In this document: positions 24,502 through 32,000 of the stretch, one piece after another | Numbering within the stretch: position 1 is the stretch's first letter | How the letters are laid out: every line of letters starts with the position of its first letter | From: Candidatus Nanosynbacter lyticus | Lineage (GTDB): Bacteria; Patescibacteriota; Saccharimonadia; Saccharimonadales; Saccharimonadaceae | Assembly (NCBI RefSeq): GCF_030253515.1 | Contig: NZ_CP124549.1 | Location: 450,001-482,000 of the forward strand | Reading direction: 5' to 3' | DNA: 32,000 bases | The notes under the pieces: generated by a model | Databases searched by the model: none | Told to the model about the DNA's origin: nothing | The model's input: the letters and a program-made list of their open reading frames with translations, nothing else | Program-made: the position numbers and the translations under genes

Positions 24502-26544
24502 CTAATTTAGCGTGGTTAATCGCTGATAGCGACTGACGGCACGCGCCAGATGGTTATATTGTAGCAAATCCTGCCCCTCTTTGACAAAGCGCTCGGCCTC
24601 CATTTGCGCACGGGCAATCAGCGGCGTGTCGCTCAGCGAGGCAATTTTCAAGTTCAGCGCACCATGTTGCGCTCGTCCGTAAATCTCACCAGGACCGCGC
24701 AATTTCAGGTCAACTTCCGCCAAGTAAAAGCCATCTTGGGATTTCTCAATTTCCTTGAGGCGCTGGCTCGGCTTGTCGTGACCCGACAGCATCAGATGAC
24801 AAAAACTCTGGTGCTGGCCGCGCCCAACCCGCCCGCGCAGCTGATGGAGCTGGCTGAGCCCAAAGTTGTCAGCATTTTCGATGAGCATGACCGTGGCGTT
24901 CGGTACATCAACACCGACTTCCACCACCGTGGTGCTCACCAGCATGTCCAGCTCGCCGTCGGCAAACTGCTGCATGACCGCCGCTTTTTCCTCCGGCGGC
25001 AGTTTACCGTGCAGCAATCCGACGCGGCGATGACGAAACATCGTTTTTGCTAATTTGTGATATTCCGCCTCGACCGACTTTTTGTCATTGTCGGGATTAT
25101 CGTCGATCAATGGGCAAATGACGTAGGCTTGGCGACCCTGAGCTAGTTCGTGGTCGATAGTTTCGTAGAGTTTTGGCGCTGAAGCTGGCGACCAAATTTT
25201 CGTTGCAATCGGCTGGCGCCCAGCTGGCAGCTCGTCCAAAATCGAGATGTCCAACTCGCCATATAGCGTCAACGCCAAGCTCCGCGGAATCGGCGTGGCG
25301 GTCATGCTGAGTAGATGCGGCATGTAGTCTGCCTTTTGTAATAATGCCTGCCGCTGCTTGACGCCGAACCGATGCTGCTCGTCAATCACCACAAACCCCA
25401 GCTTGTGATACGCCACTTTTTCCTGAATCAGCGCGTGCGTACCAACCACCACGTCAATGTCACCATTTGCTAAATTATCCAGCAGTTGCCGCCGCGCTGT
25501 ACCCTTGACGTGTCCCGTCAGCAGTGCCACCGACACACCAAACGGCGATAACAACTCATCCAGCGTTTTGGCGTGCTGAGTTGCCAAAATCTCCGTCGGC
25601 GCCATGATAGCCGTCTGGAAACCAGCCTGCGCCACCTCCGCAGCCACCAGCCCAGCGACCACCGTTTTGCCTGAGCCAACATCACCCTGCAACAAGCGGT
25701 TCATCGGATGCTCCGACTCCAAATCTTGCAAAATCTGCCAGGCAGCGCGGCGCTGCGCGTTGGTCAGGGGAAATGGCAGCTGCTCAACAAATTGCTTGAC
25801 GACCAGCTGATTGAACGGGATGCGCCAGCCAGTCAATTTGGTTTGCTCCTGCTTATTTAACTGCGCCGCCAAGATCATTTCAAACAATTCTTCAAAGGCC
25901 AAGCGCTCACGGCCGCGGGTAATTTCTTGATGATTGTTTGGTGCGTGGAGGGACCTGACAGCTTCAGCGCGACTGACTAATGATTGCCGCTGGACAATGT
26001 ACTCCGGCAACGTCTCGGGCAAAAACTCCATGATCGGTCGCAGGTTTTTCAGCAAATCCTGCACGGTTTTCGGGCGAAGGTTTTTGATGGATTTGTAGAC
26101 CGGATGAATGCCCGACGTATGCTGGGCGTCGGACGAATTTGTTTGTTTAGCGAGTTCGACGGATGGATTGCTGATCTGATAGCTGTTATATTGCATACCA
26201 AACTGGCCGGAAAACACGAACTCAGCATCAGATCTCAGCTGCGATTCGCGGTACGACTGATTGAACCAAACGGCCTTGACCTTGCCAGAATCATCCGCCA
26301 GCACCGCCGTGGTAATCCTCAGGCCTCGGCGCACAATCCGCGTGGAAATCGACTCGCAGCGCGCCCGCACTGTCACCTTACCCGGCTGTAGATCAGCGAT
26401 GTTGACTGCCGCCGAATAATCATCATACGCCCGCGGCAAAAAATCCAAGGCGTCCGCCACCGTCTCCAGACCCGCCGCCGACAGCGCCTGGGCGGTTTTG
26501 GGGCCGACGCCTTTGATGTGTGCGAGGGGGGTGGTTAGTTTCAT
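24502..26544 (-). CDS. recG: ATP-dependent DNA helicase RecG
   Basis: 680 aa. It has an N-terminal wedge/OB region. Helicase motifs GDVGSGKT, DEQHRFG and QLHQLRGRVGRG are present. Confidence 0.95.
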   Translation of the reverse strand: MKLTTPLAHIKGVGPKTAQALSAAGLETVADALDFLPRAYDDYSAAVNIADLQPGKVTVRARCESISTRIVRRGLRITTAVLADDSGKVKAVWFNQSYRESQLRSDAEFVFSGQFGMQYNSYQISNPSVELAKQTNSSDAQHTSGIHPVYKSIKNLRPKTVQDLLKNLRPIMEFLPETLPEYIVQRQSLVSRAEAVRSLHAPNNHQEITRGRERLAFEELFEMILAAQLNKQEQTKLTGWRIPFNQLVVKQFVEQLPFPLTNAQRRAAWQILQDLESEHPMNRLLQGDVGSGKTVVAGLVAAEVAQAGFQTAIMAPTEILATQHAKTLDELLSPFGVSVALLTGHVKGTARRQLLDNLANGDIDVVVGTHALIQEKVAYHKLGFVVIDEQHRFGVKQRQALLQKADYMPHLLSMTATPIPRSLALTLYGELDISILDELPAGRQPIATKIWSPASAPKLYETIDHELAQGRQAYVICPLIDDNPDNDKKSVEAEYHKLAKTMFRHRRVGLLHGKLPPEEKAAVMQQFADGELDMLVSTTVVEVGVDVPNATVMLIENADNFGLSQLHQLRGRVGRGQHQSFCHLMLSGHDKPSQRLKEIEKSQDGFYLAEVDLKLRGPGEIYGRAQHGALNLKIASLSDTPLIARAQMEAERFVKEGQDLLQYNHLARAVSRYQRLTTLN

Positions 26545-27300
26545 CTAGGAAACGGCGTTGATGCCTTCCAGCGCGTAGGCGGTGTCTTCCCAGCCCTTCA
26601 CCTCAATCGAGTCAACGCCCATTTGCTTAACTGGAAAATCATTACCGCCTTCCTGTAGCTTGTCACCAAAGAATAGTGCCTCTTCCTTTGACCAGCCGTT
26701 CAGCTCGAGCAGCTTACCAATGCCATAGGCTTTATCAATTCCTGGCAGCGTAATGTCAGTACTGGTCGTACCACCAATCCTAACTTCGAGATTTGGCAGT
26801 TTCGCCGCCACCTTGTCACGATATACCGGACGGACATCTTTATACTTTTCTGCCCAGGCATATTTATCCTCTGGAGTTGCCTGTTGTCCCAGCGCCGACA
26901 TGGTAATCTGGCTGTGGCGATCCTCGATAATCTCACCCGCAGGATTATCACACCAAATACCCATCTCCCTGGCAACCTCTTCCAGTACCGCAGTTATCTG
27001 AGTTTTTTGCTCATCAGACAGATCGTTCGCGTACTGAACCTTCCACTCACCATCAGCAGCGTCAAATCGATAATACCTCGTACCGCATGTCGGCATTGCA
27101 TGGAATTTTTGGAGTAGCTCAGGCCGAACATCAAGTCGATCAATCACTTGCTTTTTAATCTGGTGGAATGTGCCGCCCGTGATGACACACATCTCATAGT
27201 TTTCAAGCAACCGACCAAGGATATCTGCCATACGATCGCTAATTGGTGACTTGGTAATAGCTAGCGTGTCATCCAAATCAAACCCGATAATTTTTTTCAT
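26545..27300 (-). CDS. HAD-superfamily hydrolase (type IIB, Cof/phosphomannomutase-like)
   Basis: Motif I is FDLDDTL. Motif IV is GDKLQEGGNDFP. The cap region is of IIB size. Its ATG overlaps the tyrS stop as TAATG, and its stop abuts the recG ATG. Confidence 0.7.
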   Translation of the reverse strand: MKKIIGFDLDDTLAITKSPISDRMADILGRLLENYEMCVITGGTFHQIKKQVIDRLDVRPELLQKFHAMPTCGTRYYRFDAADGEWKVQYANDLSDEQKTQITAVLEEVAREMGIWCDNPAGEIIEDRHSQITMSALGQQATPEDKYAWAEKYKDVRPVYRDKVAAKLPNLEVRIGGTTSTDITLPGIDKAYGIGKLLELNGWSKEEALFFGDKLQEGGNDFPVKQMGVDSIEVKGWEDTAYALEGINAVS

Positions 27301-28529
27301 TATTCCTCTCCTTCCATATTTTCTGCAACTAGAATAAACGTATTTTTACCTTTTTTCAACAAAGATTGATTGTTGATGGCTCGGTCATTAGCCAGTTTTT
27401 CGCCGTTGAGGCTAATGGCACCAGATTTGAGCAGGCGCCTGGCCTCACCGTTGGAACTGACCGCACCAGACACCACCAACGCTTCAATCACGCCGACGCC
27501 GACATCAACGCGCGGAATTTCTTGAGCCAAAGCGTCCAAGTCATCGTCTGATAATTGCCAAAAATCGCCGCCGCCAAACAGCACTTCAGTCACCCGCTCC
27601 ACTGATTCGCGCCGATTGACGCCGTGAACGATGTCGGTGACTTCGCGCGCCAAGACTTTTTGCGCCGAGCGCGCACCCGGGTTAACTGTGTGGTTTTCGG
27701 CGATAGCTTCAATGGTATCGCGATCAAGCATGGTGAAAATCTTCATGTACTCAATGGCGCTTTCGTCGTCAACGTTCAGCCAGAATTGATAGAATTTGTA
27801 CACGCTGGTTTTAGTTTCGTCCAGCCACACGGCACCACCTTCGGACTTGCCAAACTTGCGCCCAGTTGATTTGTTGATGAGTAGTGGCGCGGTCATGGCG
27901 TAGACTTCGGCATTTTCTTTTTTGCGGATCAATTCCACACCTGAGAGCAAATTACCCCATTGGTCGGAACCGCCAATTTGCAAATTAACACCATGATGCT
28001 TGAACAAGTGCCAGAAATCATAGCCCTGCAGCAAGGTATAAGTAAACTCTGCAAAACTTAAACCTTTGCCATTAGCGATACGCGCCTTAAAAAACTCCCG
28101 CGTCGTTAACTCTGCCATGTTGAAATTCTTACCAATGTCGCGGAGAAACGGAATCAGTTCTAGATTGCCCAGCCAGTCCGCATTGTCCACCAAGGTAAAA
28201 TCGCGTCCCGCAAAAATTTGTGACACCTGCGCCTTCAATGCTCGCTTGTTGTGCTCAATTTCCGCATATGACAGCAGGCTCCGCTCCTCGGTGTCGCGCA
28301 TATCACCAATCATGCCAGTACCGCCACCAACCAACAGAAACACCTTGTGACCGCGCTCCAAAAAATGCCGCACCATCATGTAGACCGCCAGATGCCCGAC
28401 ATGCAAACTGTCCGCCGACGGGTCTGTCCCCAAATAGAGCGTAAAATTTCCCGAATCAATACGCTCATCATCGGTGAATGTCGCTTGATTCCAAAACCCG
28501 CGCCACTTTAGCTCCTCTGATAATTGCAT
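27300..28529 (-). CDS. tyrS: Tyrosine--tRNA ligase
   Basis: HIGH-type motif SLHVGHL. KMSKS-type motif KFGKSEG. It has a C-terminal S4-like domain. The N-terminus LSEELKWRG is typical of TyrRS. Confidence 0.95.
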   Translation of the reverse strand: MQLSEELKWRGFWNQATFTDDERIDSGNFTLYLGTDPSADSLHVGHLAVYMMVRHFLERGHKVFLLVGGGTGMIGDMRDTEERSLLSYAEIEHNKRALKAQVSQIFAGRDFTLVDNADWLGNLELIPFLRDIGKNFNMAELTTREFFKARIANGKGLSFAEFTYTLLQGYDFWHLFKHHGVNLQIGGSDQWGNLLSGVELIRKKENAEVYAMTAPLLINKSTGRKFGKSEGGAVWLDETKTSVYKFYQFWLNVDDESAIEYMKIFTMLDRDTIEAIAENHTVNPGARSAQKVLAREVTDIVHGVNRRESVERVTEVLFGGGDFWQLSDDDLDALAQEIPRVDVGVGVIEALVVSGAVSSNGEARRLLKSGAISLNGEKLANDRAINNQSLLKKGKNTFILVAENMEGEE

Positions 28530-28550
28530 ATTCCTCCTTTTCTGGATAAT

Positions 28551-28559
28551 AGTATAGCA
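28551..28559 (-). promoter_or_regulatory. Extended -10 box (TGcTATACT) of the tyrS operon, followed by a short SD-containing leader
   Basis: The reverse complement of 28551-28559 is tgctatact. aaggagg (complement of 28533-28539) lies 3 nt before the ATG at 28529. Confidence 0.45.
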
Positions 28560-28568
28560 ATTTTATGA

Positions 28569-28596
28569 TTGAAGCGAAACATAGGCGTGATATAAT
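28569..28596 (+). promoter_or_regulatory. Promoter: TTGAAG, 16 nt, TATAAT with an upstream TG, ending 6 nt before the PBP GTG (leaderless layout)
   Basis: TTGAAG at 28569-28574. tgaTATAAT at 28588-28596. Then gatagt, then GTG at 28603. Confidence 0.45.
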
Positions 28597-28602
28597 GATA
28601 GT

Positions 28603-31311
28603 GTGAACAAGAAACCCTCAGATAAGCAGTCGGACGCCAGCGCAAAATCAGCGCCGTCACGTCCGCATCCAAAGCCGGCAAAACGGCTGAGTGTCTATGC
28701 AAACTTGGCGAATAAGCGTCGGCTCAAGAAGGATAAGCGCTCCCGCGAAAAAGCAGAGTATCTGGCGAGTTTACCAAAGCACCCCGTCAAGCGGTTCTTT
28801 TACCGCCTCCACCCTAAGCGCGTCTTTCGCTATTGGTTCTCCAAGCGCGGCGGCTTGATGGCGCTAAAAATTCTCGGTGTCGCCATTGTTGCAATGATTA
28901 TCCTGATCGGCGGCCTGTTTGCCTACTTCCGCAAAGATCTCGACAAGATCCGCCCGGGCGAACTCGCCAAGCGTGTCCAGACAACGGTCACCAAGTATTA
29001 TGACCGCAATGGCGAGCTCCTGTGGGAAGATAAGGGTACCGATAATTATAAGCTGGTGGTCGAGGCCGACAAGATTAGTGATTACCTCAAGAAAGCGACC
29101 ATTGCCATTGAGGATCGTGATTTCTATAAGCATCACGGTATCAGTATCAGTGGCCTGACCCGCGCTATGTTTAGTACAGCATCAGGTCGACAAGTTCAGG
29201 GTGGCTCGACGTTGACACAACAGCTCGTCAAGCAAGTTTTCTTTGCCGAGGATGCCGACAAACGCGGCCTCAGCGGTATTCCACGCAAAATCAAGGAAAT
29301 TATCCTGGCAATTGAAGTTGAACGCATGTACAACAAGGATCAGATTCTCGCGCTCTACCTCAACCAAGCGCCATATGGCGGTCGGCGTAACGGCGCAGAG
29401 TCGGCCGCTCAGACATACTTTGGTAAATCCGCCAAGGATCTCACCTTGGCTGAAGCAGCCCTGCTGGCTTCAATTCCGCAAAACCCGAGTACATTTAATC
29501 CGTACAACATCACTGGGCGCAAGATGCTCCTGTCACGCCAGCATACAACACTAGACTACATGCTGGAACAAGGCTATATCACCGAAGCACAGACCAAAGA
29601 GGCCAAGCAGTATCCAATTCTTGACAAGATCAAGCCCGAAACCGAACAGCTAGCTGGCCTCAAGGCACCGCACTTCGTGCTCATGGTGCGCAATCAACTG
29701 GAGCGTGAACTTGGTAAGGCAGTCGTTGGCCGCGGTGGACTAACCGTCAAGACGACACTGGACTGGAAGATTCAAGAAAAACTCGAGACAGAGATGAAAG
29801 CTTTCTTCGACTCAGGTCGCCCGGGCCGCGTGAGCATCAGTAACGGTGCAGCAACCGTTGAAGATGTACAGACTGGACAGATTGTCGCCCTCGTTGGTAG
29901 TCGTGATTTCAATTATGCTGGCTTTGGGCAGGATAATGCCGCTACCGCCTTTATCCAGCCGGGTTCAACTATCAAGGCTTTCGACTACGCCAAACTGTTT
30001 GAGAATCGCGGCAGTAATCAGCAAAATTATGGTTCGGGCTCAATCCTCAGCGACGAGAACATTGACAAGATTTATGGCGCCAAGCTGAACAACTGGGATC
30101 GACGATTTATGGGAAGTATTTCTATTCGCCGCTCGCTAGCGCTTTCCCGTAATATCCCAGCAGTCAAGGCGATGTATATCGCAGGCAACGGCTCGCCAAA
30201 ACCAACTGTTGACTATATTCACAACATGGGTAATACCAATTATTGCCAGCAAGAAGAAGCGGCCGGCGGCTACGGACTGTCAGCAGCCATTGGCGCCTGC
30301 GGTACGAAGCAGACCGAATTGGTGAATGCTTACGGCACCTTTGCTCGCATGGGCGTCGCCAAGCCAAGCACCAACGTCCTCGAGGTAACCAACAGCCAGG
30401 GCGATACGTTAAAGAAATGGAAAGACGAGAGCAAACAGGCAACCGACCCGCAAGTCGCCTACATCATCAATGACATCTTGGGTGACGCGGACGCGGCGCG
30501 CGACCTGCACGGTTATGGCGCGATGAATGTACCCGGCGTTAGAACCGCCGCCAAGACCGGTACTACCGACAAAAACGGCCACGCCAAGGATGTCTGGATC
30601 GTCAATTATAGTCCGGCACTAGCCATGGGTATGTGGCTCGGTAATTCCGACACCAGCACCATCAACACCCCGAACTCGGCCTTTGGTATGCCGGTGGTGC
30701 GTAACGTCATGTCATTTGCTCACAACGAAGTCTATGCCAAACAGGGCAAATGGAAGCCAAATGATTGGTTCAAGCGGCCAAATGGTATCCAGCAGCAAGG
30801 CAAAGAGCTCTATCCATCGTGGTGGAATAAAAAACAGGGCGAGACTACTGAAAAGATTAAGTTTGACCGTGTCTCCAAGAAAAAGGCGACAAATTGTACG
30901 CCAGCTGACGCCATTGAGGAAATTGAGGTCACCAAGACCATCGACCCTCTCACCAAGAAACCATCATACTCAGCGCCTGAAGGTTACGACGCCAACGCTG
31001 AGGACGATAAGCACAAATGTGACGACGCTAAGCCAAGTGTTAGCCTATCGCTTTCTGGCTCTGGCTCCAGCCGCACCATCACCGCCCGCGCCACCAACGG
31101 CACATTCCCGCTCACCTCAATTGACATCCTCGTTGATGGTCGCAGCGTCAAAAGCGAGTCGATCTCCGGTAGTGGCGGCAGTGTTTCGGTCGATATCAGG
31201 GTCAGTAGCCCAGGTCGGCACACCATTCAGGCAATCGCCCGCGACGAAGGCTACTATACTGCATCAGACAGCGGTAGCTTCTCGGTAGGCAGCAGCTCAA
31301 GCTCCGACTAA
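28603..31311 (+). CDS. Class A penicillin-binding protein (GT51 transglycosylase plus transpeptidase) with a C-terminal Ig-like extension
   Basis: GT51 motifs EDRDFYKHHGIS, GGSTLTQQL and RKIKE are present. Transpeptidase motifs STIK, SRN and KTGT are present. A basic cytoplasmic tail of about 85 aa precedes one TM helix. The C-terminus is Ser-rich and beta-rich. Confidence 0.9.
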   Translation: MNKKPSDKQSDASAKSAPSRPHPKPAKRLSVYANLANKRRLKKDKRSREKAEYLASLPKHPVKRFFYRLHPKRVFRYWFSKRGGLMALKILGVAIVAMIILIGGLFAYFRKDLDKIRPGELAKRVQTTVTKYYDRNGELLWEDKGTDNYKLVVEADKISDYLKKATIAIEDRDFYKHHGISISGLTRAMFSTASGRQVQGGSTLTQQLVKQVFFAEDADKRGLSGIPRKIKEIILAIEVERMYNKDQILALYLNQAPYGGRRNGAESAAQTYFGKSAKDLTLAEAALLASIPQNPSTFNPYNITGRKMLLSRQHTTLDYMLEQGYITEAQTKEAKQYPILDKIKPETEQLAGLKAPHFVLMVRNQLERELGKAVVGRGGLTVKTTLDWKIQEKLETEMKAFFDSGRPGRVSISNGAATVEDVQTGQIVALVGSRDFNYAGFGQDNAATAFIQPGSTIKAFDYAKLFENRGSNQQNYGSGSILSDENIDKIYGAKLNNWDRRFMGSISIRRSLALSRNIPAVKAMYIAGNGSPKPTVDYIHNMGNTNYCQQEEAAGGYGLSAAIGACGTKQTELVNAYGTFARMGVAKPSTNVLEVTNSQGDTLKKWKDESKQATDPQVAYIINDILGDADAARDLHGYGAMNVPGVRTAAKTGTTDKNGHAKDVWIVNYSPALAMGMWLGNSDTSTINTPNSAFGMPVVRNVMSFAHNEVYAKQGKWKPNDWFKRPNGIQQQGKELYPSWWNKKQGETTEKIKFDRVSKKKATNCTPADAIEEIEVTKTIDPLTKKPSYSAPEGYDANAEDDKHKCDDAKPSVSLSLSGSGSSRTITARATNGTFPLTSIDILVDGRSVKSESISGSGGSVSVDIRVSSPGRHTIQAIARDEGYYTASDSGSFSVGSSSSSD

Positions 31312-31338
31312 TCCGCCCTCTTTCCCCTTGTGACACAT

Positions 31339-31367
31339 AAAAACCAGACCGCTTCAGTCTGGTTTTT
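31339..31367. terminator. Bidirectional intrinsic terminator between convergent genes
   Basis: An a-run lies at 31339-31343. ccagac (31344-31349) pairs with gtctgg (31357-31362) around a 7-nt loop. A t-run lies at 31363-31367. Confidence 0.7.
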
Positions 31368-31388
31368 ACTTCTTCTTAGTCTTAGCGA

Positions 31389-32000
31389 CTATTGCTCGTT
31401 AACCATCCGGATCAAGTCAGCCTCGCGCTGCGACTGGGTCTTGGAGCGAGCCGAACGGTGACTTTGAGCTGCGGCGCGTGGGGCATCAGGTTTCGCTGCC
31501 TTGCTGGTTTGCGGCCGACGACCGGTGGAGCGCTGCTTGGGTTGTTTGGGGGCAGCTTGAGCTGGTGACTGTTGCGCCGCTTCTTTTGCTTCTTTTGGCT
31601 CAGCGCAAACTTTCGCAAACATCATCTTGCCAGCATCGGTCTGTAGGCTACGAATAATTTCAATGCGCTTCTTCTGACCCAGGAACTTTTTGGCTTGCTC
31701 AACCACCACCATGGTGCCGTCATGCAAGTAGCCGACGGCCTGATGAGAATCCTGACCTTTTTGTGTCAATTCAAGCACCAGCTCATCACCAGGCAGATAG
31801 CTCATCCGCAAGCTCTTGGCCAGCTCATTGATATTGAGAATCTGAATGCCTTCGACTTGCGCCACCTTGTTCAGGTTGTAATCCAGCGTCAAAATGGCAG
31901 CATTCATTTCCTTGGCGAGTTGCAACAGGCGGTTATCAACACCCTCAGGGATGCGCGTCGCATCGTCAAGCAGCGTAAATGAGCCGCCCAACACATCTTT
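31389..32000 (-). CDS. PIN/TRAM-domain protein (YacL-like); the N-terminus lies beyond the window end
   Basis: The frame stays open to base 32000, reading KD upstream of the GTG at 31994. LTLDYNLNKVAQVEGIQILNINELA marks the end of a PIN domain. A TRAM-like segment follows (GDELVLELTQKGQDSHQAVGYLHDGTMVVVE). The C-terminus is a basic, low-complexity tail. Confidence 0.75.
   Translation of the reverse strand, partial: KDVLGGSFTLLDDATRIPEGVDNRLLQLAKEMNAAILTLDYNLNKVAQVEGIQILNINELAKSLRMSYLPGDELVLELTQKGQDSHQAVGYLHDGTMVVVEQAKKFLGQKKRIEIIRSLQTDAGKMMFAKVCAEPKEAKEAAQQSPAQAAPKQPKQRSTGRRPQTSKAAKPDAPRAAAQSHRSARSKTQSQREADLIRMVNEQ

Noticed and set aside
28530-28602. I looked for a T-box leader upstream of tyrS, and for tRNA-responsive structure near hisS.
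   Set aside because: The whole tyrS upstream intergenic region is 73 nt. It is already occupied by two divergent promoters and an SD, so a T-box riboswitch cannot fit.
30683-31288. A 201-aa alternative-frame ORF inside the PBP gene. Other nested ORFs occur at 8886-9652, 10570-11028, 11526-11987 and 14405-14991.
   Set aside because: All are embedded in, or antisense to, genes with unambiguous catalytic motifs. Nothing supports overprinting.
1-32000. I scanned for CRISPR arrays, rRNA, tmRNA, RNase P RNA, SRP RNA, transposase or integrase genes, inteins, tRNA introns and recoded stop codons.
   Set aside because: I found no spaced direct-repeat arrays and no recognisable conserved RNA cores. 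All long genes read through cleanly with the standard code, and UGA, UAA and UAG all act as stops.

Overview
Gene-dense bacterial chromosome segment that is mostly housekeeping. I count about 27 protein genes and 6 tRNAs, all read with the standard code. I see no rRNA, CRISPR array, transposase, integrase or phage structural gene.

Recognisable genes:
- Minus strand: hisS (partial), a SpoU/TrmH methyltransferase, an FAD-linked oxidase, rarA, and an overlapping-codon operon tyrS-HAD-recG-(Zn-PLC/S1-P1-like)-rsmD. A PIN/TRAM gene is cut by the window end.
- Plus strand: typA, a GH37 trehalase, ddl, an SPFH/stomatin protein, two alpha/beta hydrolases, a membrane-anchored GH16 glucanase, a GH13 alpha-glucosidase and a class A PBP.
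- tRNAs: Leu-CAG, Leu-UAG, Val-CAC, Gly-CCC, Phe-GAA and Gly-GCC. All encode CCA.

The reduced gene set, the small surface-protein genes and the long basic N-terminal tail of the PBP remind me of Saccharibacteria/Patescibacteria. That is an impression from memory, not a verified assignment.

Main non-routine observations:
1. A low-GC accessory island of orphan genes lies between tRNA-Val and typA (about 4.7-8.4 kb). I could not assign it a function.
2. A 30-nt imperfect direct repeat brackets 3.0 kb of that island. Its hairpin stems are conserved and only its loop varies.
3. At least seven transcription units have a TATAmT -10 box 6-7 nt upstream of the start codon, which implies leaderless mRNAs.
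4. The tRNA-Gly(GCC) carries a compensated U19:A56 tertiary pair.
5. Several orphan genes are tightly coupled to housekeeping genes.

All functional calls rest on motif recognition by eye. No database search was possible.
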